Shown here piece by piece: positions 12,372-24,748 of a stretch of 64,000 bases of DNA. The position numbers were made by a program, and so were the translations under genes. Each line of letters opens with the position of its first letter. Positions within the stretch are counted from its first letter, which is position 1. The stretch comes from the human T2T-CHM13v2.0 reference genome, Homo sapiens, in NCBI RefSeq assembly GCF_009914755.1, contig NC_060937.1, one strand, 5' to 3'. The notes beneath the pieces are model-generated. The model was not told where the DNA came from. It saw only the letters and a list, made by a program, of their open reading frames with translations, and made no database searches.

Positions 12372-14560
12372 GTTGCCAAGTGCCAAAGCTTTCAGAACAT
12401 TTCTTGAATCTTTTGATGCACTCATAGTTTTAAGGGGCCTATTGATTCACATGGAAACTGATCTTCGGATAAATAATTCTTTCACCAAACCAACAATTTT
12501 TTTTGCAATCACTTATACTTTTTAGAGCATGGGATAAAGAAGGGCAAGCAAAATGAACCCAGCTCCTGCCTTCATAAAATGTATAGATACTGCGAAAATC
12601 AATTACTTGTGCATTTGTAAACCCAAAATTGATCATGTTGGTGTGCTGTCACCCTCCCCATCCCTGCCTTCACATACTCATACACACATATGCTGTCTCA
12701 TTCCAGTGGGGCTAGTGCTTCTCGTAAAATGCCTTTTTTTCCCCAACATCCCCAATGCCTCAAATGCCACATGAAATACCAGAAAAGAAGGCATCTGGTC
12801 AATTCTCAGAGGAAGCAAGATTGGTTTCTGTGTACCTATTTAAGACTGAAAGTCACATCCTAGTCCTCTTCATTGCTTGGTACAACAAAAAATTTCCTAA
12901 GTTGAGCATACTTGAAAACTGAGAATTCTAAAGGTCTATAAGTTATTTGGTTCTGGTTCCAGAGTGGTCCAGCAAGATCATAACTATCTCTAATTGGCAT
13001 TTACTCCCTTAAACTGGTTTTTCTTCCTAGAACCATGCAACACCCTGCAATGTATGAAATGAATTAATGTCATTATCCTAGTAAGAAAGGGAGGGACACA
13101 GCAAAGTTGTTTTCAATCTAAACCTTGCAATTGAATAAGCACTGATCAGAAGCATATTGCATTTAACAAAAACACATGCCCAAAATATGTGTTTGAATCA
13201 TCATCTTTGATTTAAATTCATATCTCATGGAGAAGAACCCTGTCCAATTTGCTTTTATAAGCAAAATACACTTGGTAAATATAATTGATTTAGAATCAAC
13301 TAACATTATTGGATACCTATAATGTGAACAGTAACCATATTTTCAAGTATAAAGATAAAGACACATCACCTAATACATAGTTTGAATTATAAATGTATTT
13401 GTGTGAAAATCTTATAAATGAAGAAAAATAACATTGCATGTGGTTTTATAGTGAATGAAGTGCTATTACTGAAAAGCAAAAAAAGAATACATGAAACGAT
13501 ACTGTCCTAGAAAATCTAAGATAGTCTCTATTACTATAGTCTGTTCTAGGCACTTAACAGTCTCAACTCATTTTGAGATTAATTTTAAAAAAATAATGAT
13601 TCATGAAAATATTTAATAGGACTAATAAATTTTATTAACGAATCCAATTTAATAAATTTTTATTGACCACATAACTGCAGGCTAGTTACTCAGAATATAA
13701 AAATAGGTGAATAGCCTCTAACCTCAAGCAGTTTATAACTGAACAAAATAAAACCAAGACATACTTAAATAATCATGACACAAGGCAGATTGTAAATGTG
13801 GCTGGAGGTCTCCCCAATTTAAGCAACTATCTTTTCTGGTAGATTTGGGGAACCAAGATTGCTGCTTCTTTTACAACTCCGCAACATTCAGAAAAACCAC
13901 AAGTCAGGAAAGTCCTGAGTGAAACAGACTCAGGGTTATTAAAAATTTTTGCAATGAATGTTCCTATTATGGATTCAGATATGACACTTAATGCCATTAC
14001 TCTCATGTCTGAGTCCCTAGAGCTGGGTTTCATATCACCCTTTAAGCTCATTTGATGAACTATTCCCTCCCCTATCCTCCATCTGAGCTGACCAATGGTC
14101 CCTACTCCTACTGGTTATCCAAAATGGTTACCATAAAACTTATTCTTTTTGACCCTCTGCCTATTAATTATTAATGGGGAAAAAAGTTATGAGAATAAAA
14201 CTTGCAGGCATTTGTAGTTTGCAAGAGTGAACACATACAATTTTAGAACTTATGGGTTTGGCTGCATTGACATCAGAGATGAGAGTAAATGTGGTGTCTG
14301 GCCTTTCTTATTCAGCATGGGCCAGAGGATAAGTGGGTGCAAAATGTCTTGTGAGTTTAGGAAAGGAGAACAACAGAACGGTTTTGTGAAGGAGATGGCT
14401 TTGAGATGGTGTTGAAAAGCTGGTGGGATGTAGGAAAGGAATGTTGGAGGAGGGTTTTTCTAGGCAGAGAGAGAAAGGCCAGCAAAGGATCAGGAACAGG
14501 AAAACATGACCAGGAAATTGAGAATAGACTATGTCTAAGTAAAATATAGAAAACAAAAAA

Positions 14561-17500
14561 TGGAGACTTCTGGTTTTAAAATAGCTGCACAGAAGCAAGC
14601 TGGCTTCACTTCTCCCCACTCCCCCACAGAAAACCAAAAACAAATATACAGTGCTGAGATAATCACCAGGAACAACCCAGAACACAAATATGAAGATGAG
14701 ACAGTTCCTGGCACCAAAGATAAGTGAGAAAACTACAAGCAGATGGTAAGAGAATTGGAATTCCACATCTGCAAAGCCCCTAACCCCATTCTGTCCAGCA
14801 TCAAGAGGTGGATAATCTCCCCCAACTCATTTTCTACACTAGAAAAAGTGAGACTGAGGTGGTCAATCAGCTTCCCCACCATCTTGAGTTCTCTTTCAGT
14901 AAATATGTCCTTGCCTTAACCTACAGGAAGCATTGTTACTGCCTAAAGGAAAAAAAAAATATCAGGAAACAACAGGTGCTGGAGAGGATGTGGAGAAATA
15001 GGAACACTTTTACACTGTTGGTGGGACTGTAAACTAGTTCAACCATTGTGGAAGTCAGTGTGGCGATTCCTCAGGGATCTAGAACTAGAAATACCATTTG
15101 ACCCAGCCATCCCATTACTGGGTATATACCCAAATGACTATAAATCATGTTGCTATAAAGACACATGCACACGTATGTTTATTGCGGCATTATTCACAAT
15201 AGCAAAGACTTGGAACCAACCCAAATGTCCAACAATGACAGACTGGATTAAGAAAATGTGGCACATATACACCATGGAATACTATGCAGCCATAAAAAAT
15301 GATGAGTTCATGTCCTTTGTAGGGACATGGACGAAATTGGAAATCATCATTCTCAGTAAACTATTGCAAGAACAAAAAACCAAACACCGCATATTCTCAC
15401 TCATAGGTGGGAATTGAACAATGAGATCACATGGACACAGGAAGGGGAATATCACACTCTGGAGACTGTGGTGGGGTGGGGGGAGGGGGGAGGGATAGCA
15501 TTGGGAGATATACCTAATGCTAGATGACGAGTTAGTGGGTGCAGCGCACCAGCATGGCACATGTATACATATGTAACTAACCTGCACAATGTGCACATGT
15601 ACCCTAAAACTTAAAATATAATAAAAAAAAAAAAGCAAGAGGGAAAAAAATATATATCTCTGGGAAAAGGCAGAGACAAAGGGGGCAGGTGGGACTACCA
15701 GCCCTGGAAACTCTGGTCTGTAATTCCACCAAAGGAGATGCCAAGTCAGAGTGGCTGATTTGCAGCACAAACCCCTAGCCAGGCTTCTCACAATGTCAAA
15801 ATAATCCCTTTGGGGCCTCCCTTATTTAGATAGTGCTCCAATCATTTACTAGAGCCAAGGTTTACCTAAGGTACCACTTAGACCCAAAAAGGAAGCAACA
15901 ATGTAGCGATAAAGATTTGTTAAGCAAACATATTCAATAAAAAAAAAAGCCAGACAGAAATATGAAATAACCAAATTCTTCAATGAAAAGACATATATGT
16001 TTAGACATATACCCAAAAGAAACAACAACAAACAGGGATCTATGATCTTCCAAAAGAACAAAGCAAAAATCCAGTGACTACCTGTAACACAGCAATATGT
16101 GAGCTCCCTGAAAAAGAATTAAAAATAGCCATTTTAAGAAAACTCAGTGCTCCCCAAGATAATACAGAAAAGCAATTCAGAAATTTATCTGAAAAATGTA
16201 ACAATCAGATTGAAACAATAAAAAAGAAATTAAACAGAAATTATGAAACTGAGAGGTACACTTGCTGAACTGAAAAACTCATTAGAGGATGCCAACAGCA
16301 CAATGAACCAGGTAGAGGAAAGAATCAGAGAACTCTGAGATCAACTATGTGAAAATATACAATCAGAGTAGAAAAACGAATGAAAAGGAATAAAGATCAT
16401 CTAGATATAGAAAATAACCAAATCTAAGAATTATTGATGTTCAAGAGGGAGCTGAGCAAGAGCAAGTACAAAACTTCATCAAAGAAATAACAGAACACTT
16501 TCCAAAACTTTCAAAAAAGATAAATATCCAGGAACAGGGAGGTCTGAGAACAACAAATAGATTCAATCCAAATAAGACTACCTAAAGGCATATAATAATT
16601 AAATTCTGAAAAGTCAAGGACAAACATAGGATCCCAAAAGAAGCAAGAGAAAAGAAGTAAATCACCTATAAAGAAGCTTCTATTCATCTGGCAACAGACT
16701 TTTCAACAGAAACCGTGCAAGGCCAGGAAAGAGTGGACTAACACCGTTAAGTGTTATTCTAATAACAGTCTAAGCACTAAGTGCTCAAAGGAAAAAAATG
16801 CCATTCAAGAATATTGTATTGAGCAAAATTATCCTTCAAATATGATGGAGAGAGATAGTCTTTCCCGGACAAACAAAAGCTGAGATAATTTACCACCACC
16901 AGATTGGTCTAACAAGAAATGCTGAAAGGCATTTTTCAATCTGAAAGAAAAAAACACTAGCACATAAAAAGAAAAGTTTTCAAACCCACTAATAAAACTA
17001 AGTACACAGAAAAACCTACAATAGTCTATTACTGTAATTGTAGTGTGCAATTCACTCATAACTCTATATAAAACCCCAAAGTTAAACCTATCAAAAGCAA
17101 TAGCTATAGCAACCTGTTAAAAGATACATAATATAAAAATGTGTAAATTGAAACAAGTAAGTCAAATGCTGAGAAAATAGAGTTAAAGTGTAGAATTTTT
17201 TATGGGTTTTTTTTTTTTTTTTGCCTTGGTTTGGTTTTATTCATTTCTTTGTGATCTAAATTATCATCTATTTAAAATAACATGTTATATCAATACTATG
17301 TTTTTGTAAGCCTCATAACCACAACGCAAAAACATATAATAGATTCACTAAAAATAGAAAACTACTAAATAAAGCATACTATTGGAGAAAATTACTTAAA
17401 CATATAGGAAGATTGTAAGAAAGGAAGGAAGGGAGAAATCTAGCAGCAGCCAGAAAAAAAAGTAATAAAATGGCAACAGTAAGTTACTTATTAATAACAC

Positions 17501-20500
17501 TGGATGTAAACAGTCTCAATTCTCCAAGTAAAAGGTATAGAGTGGCTGAATAAATAAAGAAAACCCAACTATATGATGCCTTCAAGAAACCCAATTCACT
17601 GATGAAGACACACATAGACTGAAAGTGAAGGGGTAGAAAAAATATTCCATGCAACTGGAAACCAAGAAAGAGCAGGAATGTCTATATTTATATCAAATAA
17701 AATTAACTAGGATTATAAACAGACACCAAGAAGATCATTATATTATGAAAAAAGGGTCAATTCAGTAAGAAGATATAACAATTATAAATATCTATACACC
17801 CAACAAAGAAGCTCCCAAGTATATAAAGCAAACATTAATAGATCTAAAGGGAAAGATAGATTGCAATGTAATAATAGTAGAAGACTTTAACACCCCACTG
17901 TCAGTAATGGAGAGACATAAAGTCAACAAAAAAGCATTGGAGTTAAACTGCACCCCGGATCGAATAGGCCTAACTGGCATTTATGGAACATGTCACCCAA
18001 CTTCTGCAGAATACACTTTCTTTTCATCAGCATATGGAGGTATATTTTCCAGAATAATCCATATTTTAATCCACCACACAAGTCTGAATGAATTCAAAAT
18101 AAAAGGAATCATATCGAGTATCTTTTCTGACCACAGTGGAATAAAACTGGAAATCAATAAGAGAAACCTTGGGAAATACACAAACACATGGAAACTAAAT
18201 AACATGCTTCTGCATGAACGATGGGTCAATAAAAATAAATTAAGAAAATTTTAATAATTTCTTGAAAGAAAATGGAAATACAACATACTAAGATCTATGG
18301 CATACAGCAAAAATAGTACTAAGAGGGAATTTATATAATAATAAATGGCTATATCATAAAAGTAGAAGGACTTCAAATAAACAGACTAACAATGCAACTC
18401 AATGAACTAGAAAATCAAGAACAAACCCAAAACTAATAGAAGAAAACAAATAATAAAGGTCAGGGGAAAAAATAATGAAATTAAGACCAAAAAATCAGTA
18501 CATAAGATAAACAAAATGAAAAGTTGGGTTTTTTTGATAAGACTAACAAAATTGACAAATGCTTAGCAACACTAAGACAAGAGAGAAGATTCAAATAAAA
18601 TCAGAAATGAAAAAAGGAGACATAACAACTGAGACCTCAGAAATACAGAGAATCATTAGAGATAATTAGGAACAACTATATGCCAACAAATTGGAAAACT
18701 TACAAGAAACTGATAAATTCCTTGACACATACAACCAAGATTGAACCATGAAGAAATAGAAAACTTCCACAAACCAATAACAAATAACAAGATTGATGCC
18801 ATAATAAAAATGTCTCTCATCAAAGAAAAGACCAGGATCTGATGGATTCGCTGCTGAATTCTACCCGACATCTAAAGAATAATCTCAATCTGAAACTCTT
18901 CAAAAAAAAATTGAATAGAGGGAATACTTTCAAACTCATTTACAGAGCCATTATTACCTTGATATCAAAATCAGATAAGGGCACAACAAGAAAACTACAG
19001 GTCAATATCGTTGATGAACATAGATGTAAAAATCTTCAACAAAATACTAGCAAACCAAATACAACAACACATTAAAAAGATCATTCACCATGATTAAGTA
19101 GGATTCATCACAAGGGTACAAGGATGGTTCAACATGCGCAAATCAATAAACATGATACATCACATTAATATAATCAAGAACAAAAATCATGGTTGTCTCA
19201 ATAGATGCTGAAAAAACATTTGATAAAATTCAACATCTCTTTATGATGAAAAACTGTCATCAAATTGAATGTAGACAAAAACACATCTCAAAATAATAAA
19301 GACTATATATAAGAAACCCACAGCTAACATTATAGTGAACATAGAAAAATTGAAGGCCTTTCCTCCAAGGATTGTAATAAGACAAGGATGCCCACTTTAG
19401 CCACTTTTTGTTCAACACAATACTGGAAGTCTTTGCCAGAGAAATTAGGCAAGAAAAAGAAATAAAGGGTATCCAAATTAGAAAGGAGGAAGTCAAATGA
19501 GCCTTGCTCACAGACAACATGATCTTATACCTAGGTAAACCTAAAGAATTAACAAAAAAAAACTTTAGAAATAATAAACAAATTTGGTAAAGTTGCAGGA
19601 TATAAAGTCCACATACAAAAATCAGTAGCATTTATAAATACCGACAGTGAACAATCTGAAGAAATAAAGAAAGCAATCCCGTTTACAATACTACAAAGAA
19701 TAGAAAATACTTACGAATCAATCTAACCAAATAGGTGACACAGCTATACAAAAAAACTATAAAACTCTGATGAAAATATTGAAGAAGACACAATTAATAT
19801 TGTTCAAGTAGACATGCTATCCAAAGTAATTTATAGATTCAACACAATCACTATCAAAATACCAATGACATTATTCACATAAATAGAAAAACAATTCAAC
19901 ATTCATATAGAACCACAAGAGTGCTCAAACAGTCAAAGCAATCCTACGTGAAAAGAATAAAACTGGAGGCATCATGCTCCCTGACTTCAAAATTTACTAC
20001 AAAGCTATAGTAATCGAAATTGCATGTTACTGGCTTAAAAATAGACATAGACCGTTGGAACAGAATAGAGAACCCAAATATGAATTCATGCATTTACAAT
20101 CAACTCATCTTTAACAAAGGCGCCAAAAACATTTGTTGGGAAAGGACAGTGTCTTCAATAAATGGTGCTGGGATAACTACATGCTACTACTTACTACTAG
20201 ATAATTACATGCAGAAGAATGAAACTAGACCCCTATCTTTCACCATACACAAAAATCATATTTAAAATGGTTAAAGACTTAAATTTAAAACCTGAAACCA
20301 TGAAAATATTAGAAAAAAATTGAGCAATGCTTCATTGGTCTGGGCAAAGAATTTTTGTGTAAGACCCCAAAGCACAGACAACCAAAGCAAAAATAGGCAA
20401 ATAGTATTCCATCAAGCTAAACAGCTTCTGCACAGCAAAAGAAATAAAGTGAAGAGAAAACGTACAGCAGGGCAGAAGATATTTGCAAATTGTCCATCTG

Positions 20501-21367
20501 ATAAGGGATTAATAACCAGGATATAGAAGGAGCTCAAACAACTCAATAGCAAGAAAAACAAATAATTGATTAAAAATGGGCAAAATATCTGAACAGACAT
20601 TTCCCAAAAGAAGACATGCAAATGGCCAACAGGTATATGAAAAATGCTCAGTATCACTAATCATCAGAGAAATACAAATCAAAACCACAATGAGATATCA
20701 TCTCATTTTAGCTAAAATGACTTTTATCAAAAAGACAGACAATAAAAGATACTGGTGAGGATGTGGAGAGAGGGGAACCCTCATACATTGTTGGTGGGAA
20801 TATAAATGAGTACTGCCACTATGGAGAACAGTATAGAGGTTCCTCAAAAAACTTAAAAATAGAACCCCTGTATGATCCAGCAGTTCCACTACTGGGTATA
20901 TATAAAAAGAAAGGAAATCAATATATTGAAGAGATATCGGCCCTCCCATGTTTATTTCAGCACTACTCACAATAGCCAAATATGGAATCAACCTAAGAGC
21001 TCATCAATGGATAAATGGATAAAGGAAATCTGATTTATATACATAACAGAATGTGATTCAGCCATAAAAAAATGAAATCCTGTCATTTGCAGCTACATGG
21101 ATGAAACTAGAGGTAGGCTGTTATCTTAAGTGAAATAAACCATGCACAGAGAGACAAATATTGCATGTTCTCACTCATATTGGAAGCTAAAAAAGTAGAT
21201 CTCATGAAGATAGAGAGTAGATTGGTGGTTACCAGAGGCCAGGAAAACTAGGGAGAAGGGGTAAGAAAGGGGGGAAAAAAGAATATAAATGTACATATTA
21301 CCACTGAATGGTACCCTTAAAAATGGGAAAGATGATAAATTTTGTGTATTTTACCTCAATAAAAAAA
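14561..21367 (+). mobile_element. Near full-length ancient LINE-1 (L1MA4A-like), ORFs disrupted
   Basis: 5'UTR-like start gacttctggttttaaaatagc; ORF1 remnants (16074-16268 ELPEKELKIAILRKL); ORF2 from ~17470 (EN remnant 17907-18254 SDHSGIKLEIN); L1MA-type 3'UTR ending ttacctcaataaaaaaa. Confidence 0.88.
14962..15634 (+). mobile_element. 5'-truncated L1PA2-like insertion within the older L1's 5'UTR
   Basis: Open ORF2 C-terminus 15046-15417; 3'UTR gagatcacatggacacaggaaggggaatatcac and gctagatgacGAGttagtggg (non-Ta, 15529-15531); A-rich TSD-like ggaaaaaaa..ata on both sides. Confidence 0.93.
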
Positions 21368-21940
21368 TTAAAATAGAATTAAAAGATAAAATGAAATGTG
21401 ATAGGATAAGAAATAGTAAAAAATGGACATTAAAAAAACTTAAAATGTTGATTCAAGTTCCATTCTACAAGGCTCTATGTCAATGTTGTGTTAAATGAAT
21501 GAATCTCAGTCTGTAAATTTCTGTGTGTAAGCATTATAGCCTCCTTTACTTTCAACTACTCAATTTCTATTTTGGGCCCTATTCTGCTGGGCTGGCAGGA
21601 GAATTTAATCCCAGTTTTTTTGTTTCTCTCCTTTTGTTACCCTGAGAAGTTGAGTTGAAATTTAGCATCATGCTAAGGTGCTGGAAGGACCACTGGATCC
21701 TTTAGTCTTTCATGAACTTTACTGAAAAGTTGTGGTTTTTCCCAGTGTGTCAGTTCCTGAGATGCTTTCTACAAACCTGATTATGGCTGTATCTAATATA
21801 ATATGTGGCCACACCCAGCACCTTGCATCTCCAGCAGTGATTCTGGAAAGCACAGGTTTCCACTCTCTAGAGCATCATAAACTTCTTTAAGGTCCTCTCA
21901 TCTACTGGTAGCACTGCTTGGAAAATGATGCATGACCCTT

Positions 21941-22095
21941 ACCACTATACCATCACTAACACACCACCACCACCACCATCTCTACCAAGTCGACAATCAC
22001 CACCTTCCCCACTACCACTACCACCATCACCACCATCACCACCACCTCCAACGCTATCACCACTACTACCACCGATGACACCACCATAACCACCC
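21941..22095. repeat. Degenerate (ACC)n trinucleotide repeat
   Basis: accaccaccaccaccatc...actaccactaccaccatcaccaccatcaccacc. Confidence 0.85.
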
Positions 22096-22326
22096 TTCTT
22101 TTCCCTAAAGCCCAGGATCAAATTGCTCTTTAGTCTGGAACAATCTTTAGTCTTGAAAATGTTTGACCAAAAAAAAAAATTTTAATAACCTAATCTCTCT
22201 TTTGATTTATTCTCTGGGGCTTAGGGTTTGGAAGCAAAATTTAGGAAGAATCCCTGATTATTTCTGCATCTCATTCCTGCCCTGAGAAAATGAGCAGAGG
22301 GCTGGCTGACTGAGAGAATGAGGAGG

Positions 22327-22748
22327 TGTATTAGACTGTTACTCCCTGCTGTAAAAAAGTACCTGAGCCTGGGTAATTTATAAGAAAAGAGGTTTAATTG
22401 GTTCATGGTTCAGCAGGCTGTATAGAAGGCCTAACACCAGCCTCTGCTTCTGGGGAGGCCTCAGGGAGCTTTTATTCATGGTGGAAGGCGAAGTAGAAGC
22501 AGACACATCACATGGTGAAAGCAGGAGCACACGAGAGAATTGGGGGTGAGGGTGCTACCTGCTTTTAAACAACCAGATCTTGTGTGAACTCAAACTGAGA
22601 GCTCACTTATCACCAAGAAGATGGCCAAAGCCATTCATCAGGGATATGCCCCCATGATCCAAACACTTCCCACCAGGCCCCACCTCCAACACTAAGGATT
22701 ACATTTCAGCATGAGATTGGGGTGAGGCCAAATATCCAAACTATATCA
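22327..22748 (-). mobile_element. MSTB-like solo LTR
   Basis: tgtattagac...ggggaggcctcagggagc...ccaaactatatca; perfect TSD ggagg (22322-22326/22749-22753). Confidence 0.92.
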
Positions 22749-23276
22749 GGAGGGGAAATCAAGGGAATGAAAAAAAGGTATTTAATACATCAAAATAGTA
22801 TTCAACTAAATATACATGCAATGGAGGATGTGGGAGTCATTGCAAGTTTAAGGAGCACTATAATAATCATCTGGGAGCAGGGCACAGGATGCCTTGGAGG
22901 AGGTAGAAAGTGAAATGTAGAGACAGTATTATTATAACAACTCACAGTGAGTCAGGCCAGGGGCAGTGAGAATGGAAAACCACACACAAACATGAGCAAC
23001 TCCAAAAAGGTAAACCCAATGGGACTTAGCCAATGACTTAATGAACTTGAGGAACAAAGAAAAAGAAAGGGTTACTAGTAAGAGGTTGGAAGAATAATGA
23101 TGTCATTTATGAAGAAAAAATATCAAGAAGTAGAAGAGCTTATTTATGAGAGAAAAAATTCCTTTTTTACTTATACCCAGTTTTAGATGTAAATATGACC
23201 ACTAGGCGGAAATTTTCTGGAAATGTTTAAAAATTCAAAATCATGGCTCAGGAAAGAGGCCACATCAGTTAGTTTT

Positions 23277-23374
23277 GCATGGCACATGTATACATATGTA
23301 ACTAACCTGCACATGTACCCTAAAACTTAAAGTATAATAAGAATAAAAAAAAAGAGGAGAAAAAAAAAGAAAAA
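23277..23374 (+). mobile_element. Extremely truncated L1PA2/3-like 3' end with A-rich tail
   Basis: gcatggcacatgtatacatatgtaactaacctgcacatgtaccctaaaacttaaagtataataa + A-tail. Confidence 0.88.
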
Positions 23375-24713
23375 CCTTTTACTTTAGGTTCAGGGGTACA
23401 CATACAGGTTTGTTTAGGTAAACTTATGTCACAAGGGCTTTTTGTACAGATGATTTCATAACCCAGGTACTAAGCCTAGTACCCAATAGTTACTTTACTG
23501 CTCCTCTCTGTCCTCCCACACTCCACCTTAAGGTAGGTCCCATTGTCTCTTGTTCCCCTCTTTTTGTCCATGCATTCCCATCATTAAGCTTCACTTATAA
23601 GTGAGAACGTGTCACACTTTGTTTGCTGTACTTATCAAGCTGTACTTGATAAACCTCAAGCTCTATCCATGTTCGTGCAATGGACATGATCTCATTCTAT
23701 TTTATGGCTGCATAGTATTCCATGTGTGTATGTACCACATCTCCTTTTATCCAATCTATCATTGATGGGCATTTAAGGTTGATTACATGTCTTTGCTCTT
23801 GTGAAGAGTGCTATGATGAATGTATGAGTGCATGTGTCTTTATGATAGAATTATTTATATTTATTTAGGTATATATCCAGTAATGGGATTGCTGGGTAGA
23901 ATTATTGTTCTGTTTTTAGCTCTTTGAGGAATCACCATACTGCTTTCCACAATGTTTGAATTAATTTACAGTCCCACCAACAGTATATAAGCATTCCCTT
24001 TTCTCCACAACCTTGTCAGCATTGCATCTGTTATTTTTGACTTTTTTAGTAATAGCCGTTCTGACTGGTATGAGATGGTATCTCATTGTGGTTTTGAATT
24101 TCTCCAAAGATCAGCGATATTGAGTTTTTCTTATGCTTGTTGGCCGCACATATAACTTTTTTGAAAAATGTCTGTTCACGTCCTTTGTCCACTTTTTAAT
24201 AGGATTGTTTTTTATCTTGTAAATTTAAGCTCCATATAGATGCCGGATATCAGACTTCTATCTGATGCATAGTTTGCAAAAATGTCCTCCCATTCTGTAT
24301 GTCGTCTGTTTACTCTGTTGATAGTTTCTTTTGCTGTGCTAGAGCTCTTTAATTAGATCCCATTTGTCAGTTTTTGCTTTTGTTGCAATTGCTTTTGGCA
24401 TCTTCATCATGAAATATTTGCCTATTACTATGGCCAGAATGGTATTTCCTAGGTTGTCTTCCGGAATTTTTATAGTTCAGGATTTTACATTTAAGTCTGT
24501 TATCCATCTTGAGTGGATATTTATATGTGGTATAAGGAAGGGGTCCAGTTTCAATCTTCTGCATGTGACTAGCCAGTTATCCCAGTACCATTTATTGAAT
24601 AGGTAGTCTTTTCCCCATTGCTTATTTTTGTCAGCTTTGTCGAAGATCAGACAGTTGTACGTGTGCAGAGTTATTTCTGGGCTCTCTATTCTGTTCCATT
24701 GGTCTTTGTGTCT

Positions 24714-24748
<35 letters not shown>

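Noticed and set aside
15046-15417. 123-aa ORF (and similar 2233-2598, 25191-25655, 47537-47992) as protein-coding genes
   Set aside because: These are fragments of L1 ORF2 in truncated or frameshifted copies; there is no intact ORF1/ORF2 in the window.
20172-20212. gataactacatgc/gataattacatgc duplication with (cta)n filler in L1 ORF2
   Set aside because: A small insertion in a dead L1, partly explained by the consensus's own local repetition.
21963-22132. Mucin-like Thr-rich reading frame (TTTTTISTKSTITTFPTTTTT...)
   Set aside because: It follows directly from a degenerate (ACC)n repeat; there is no start codon or splice context and no neighbouring exons.
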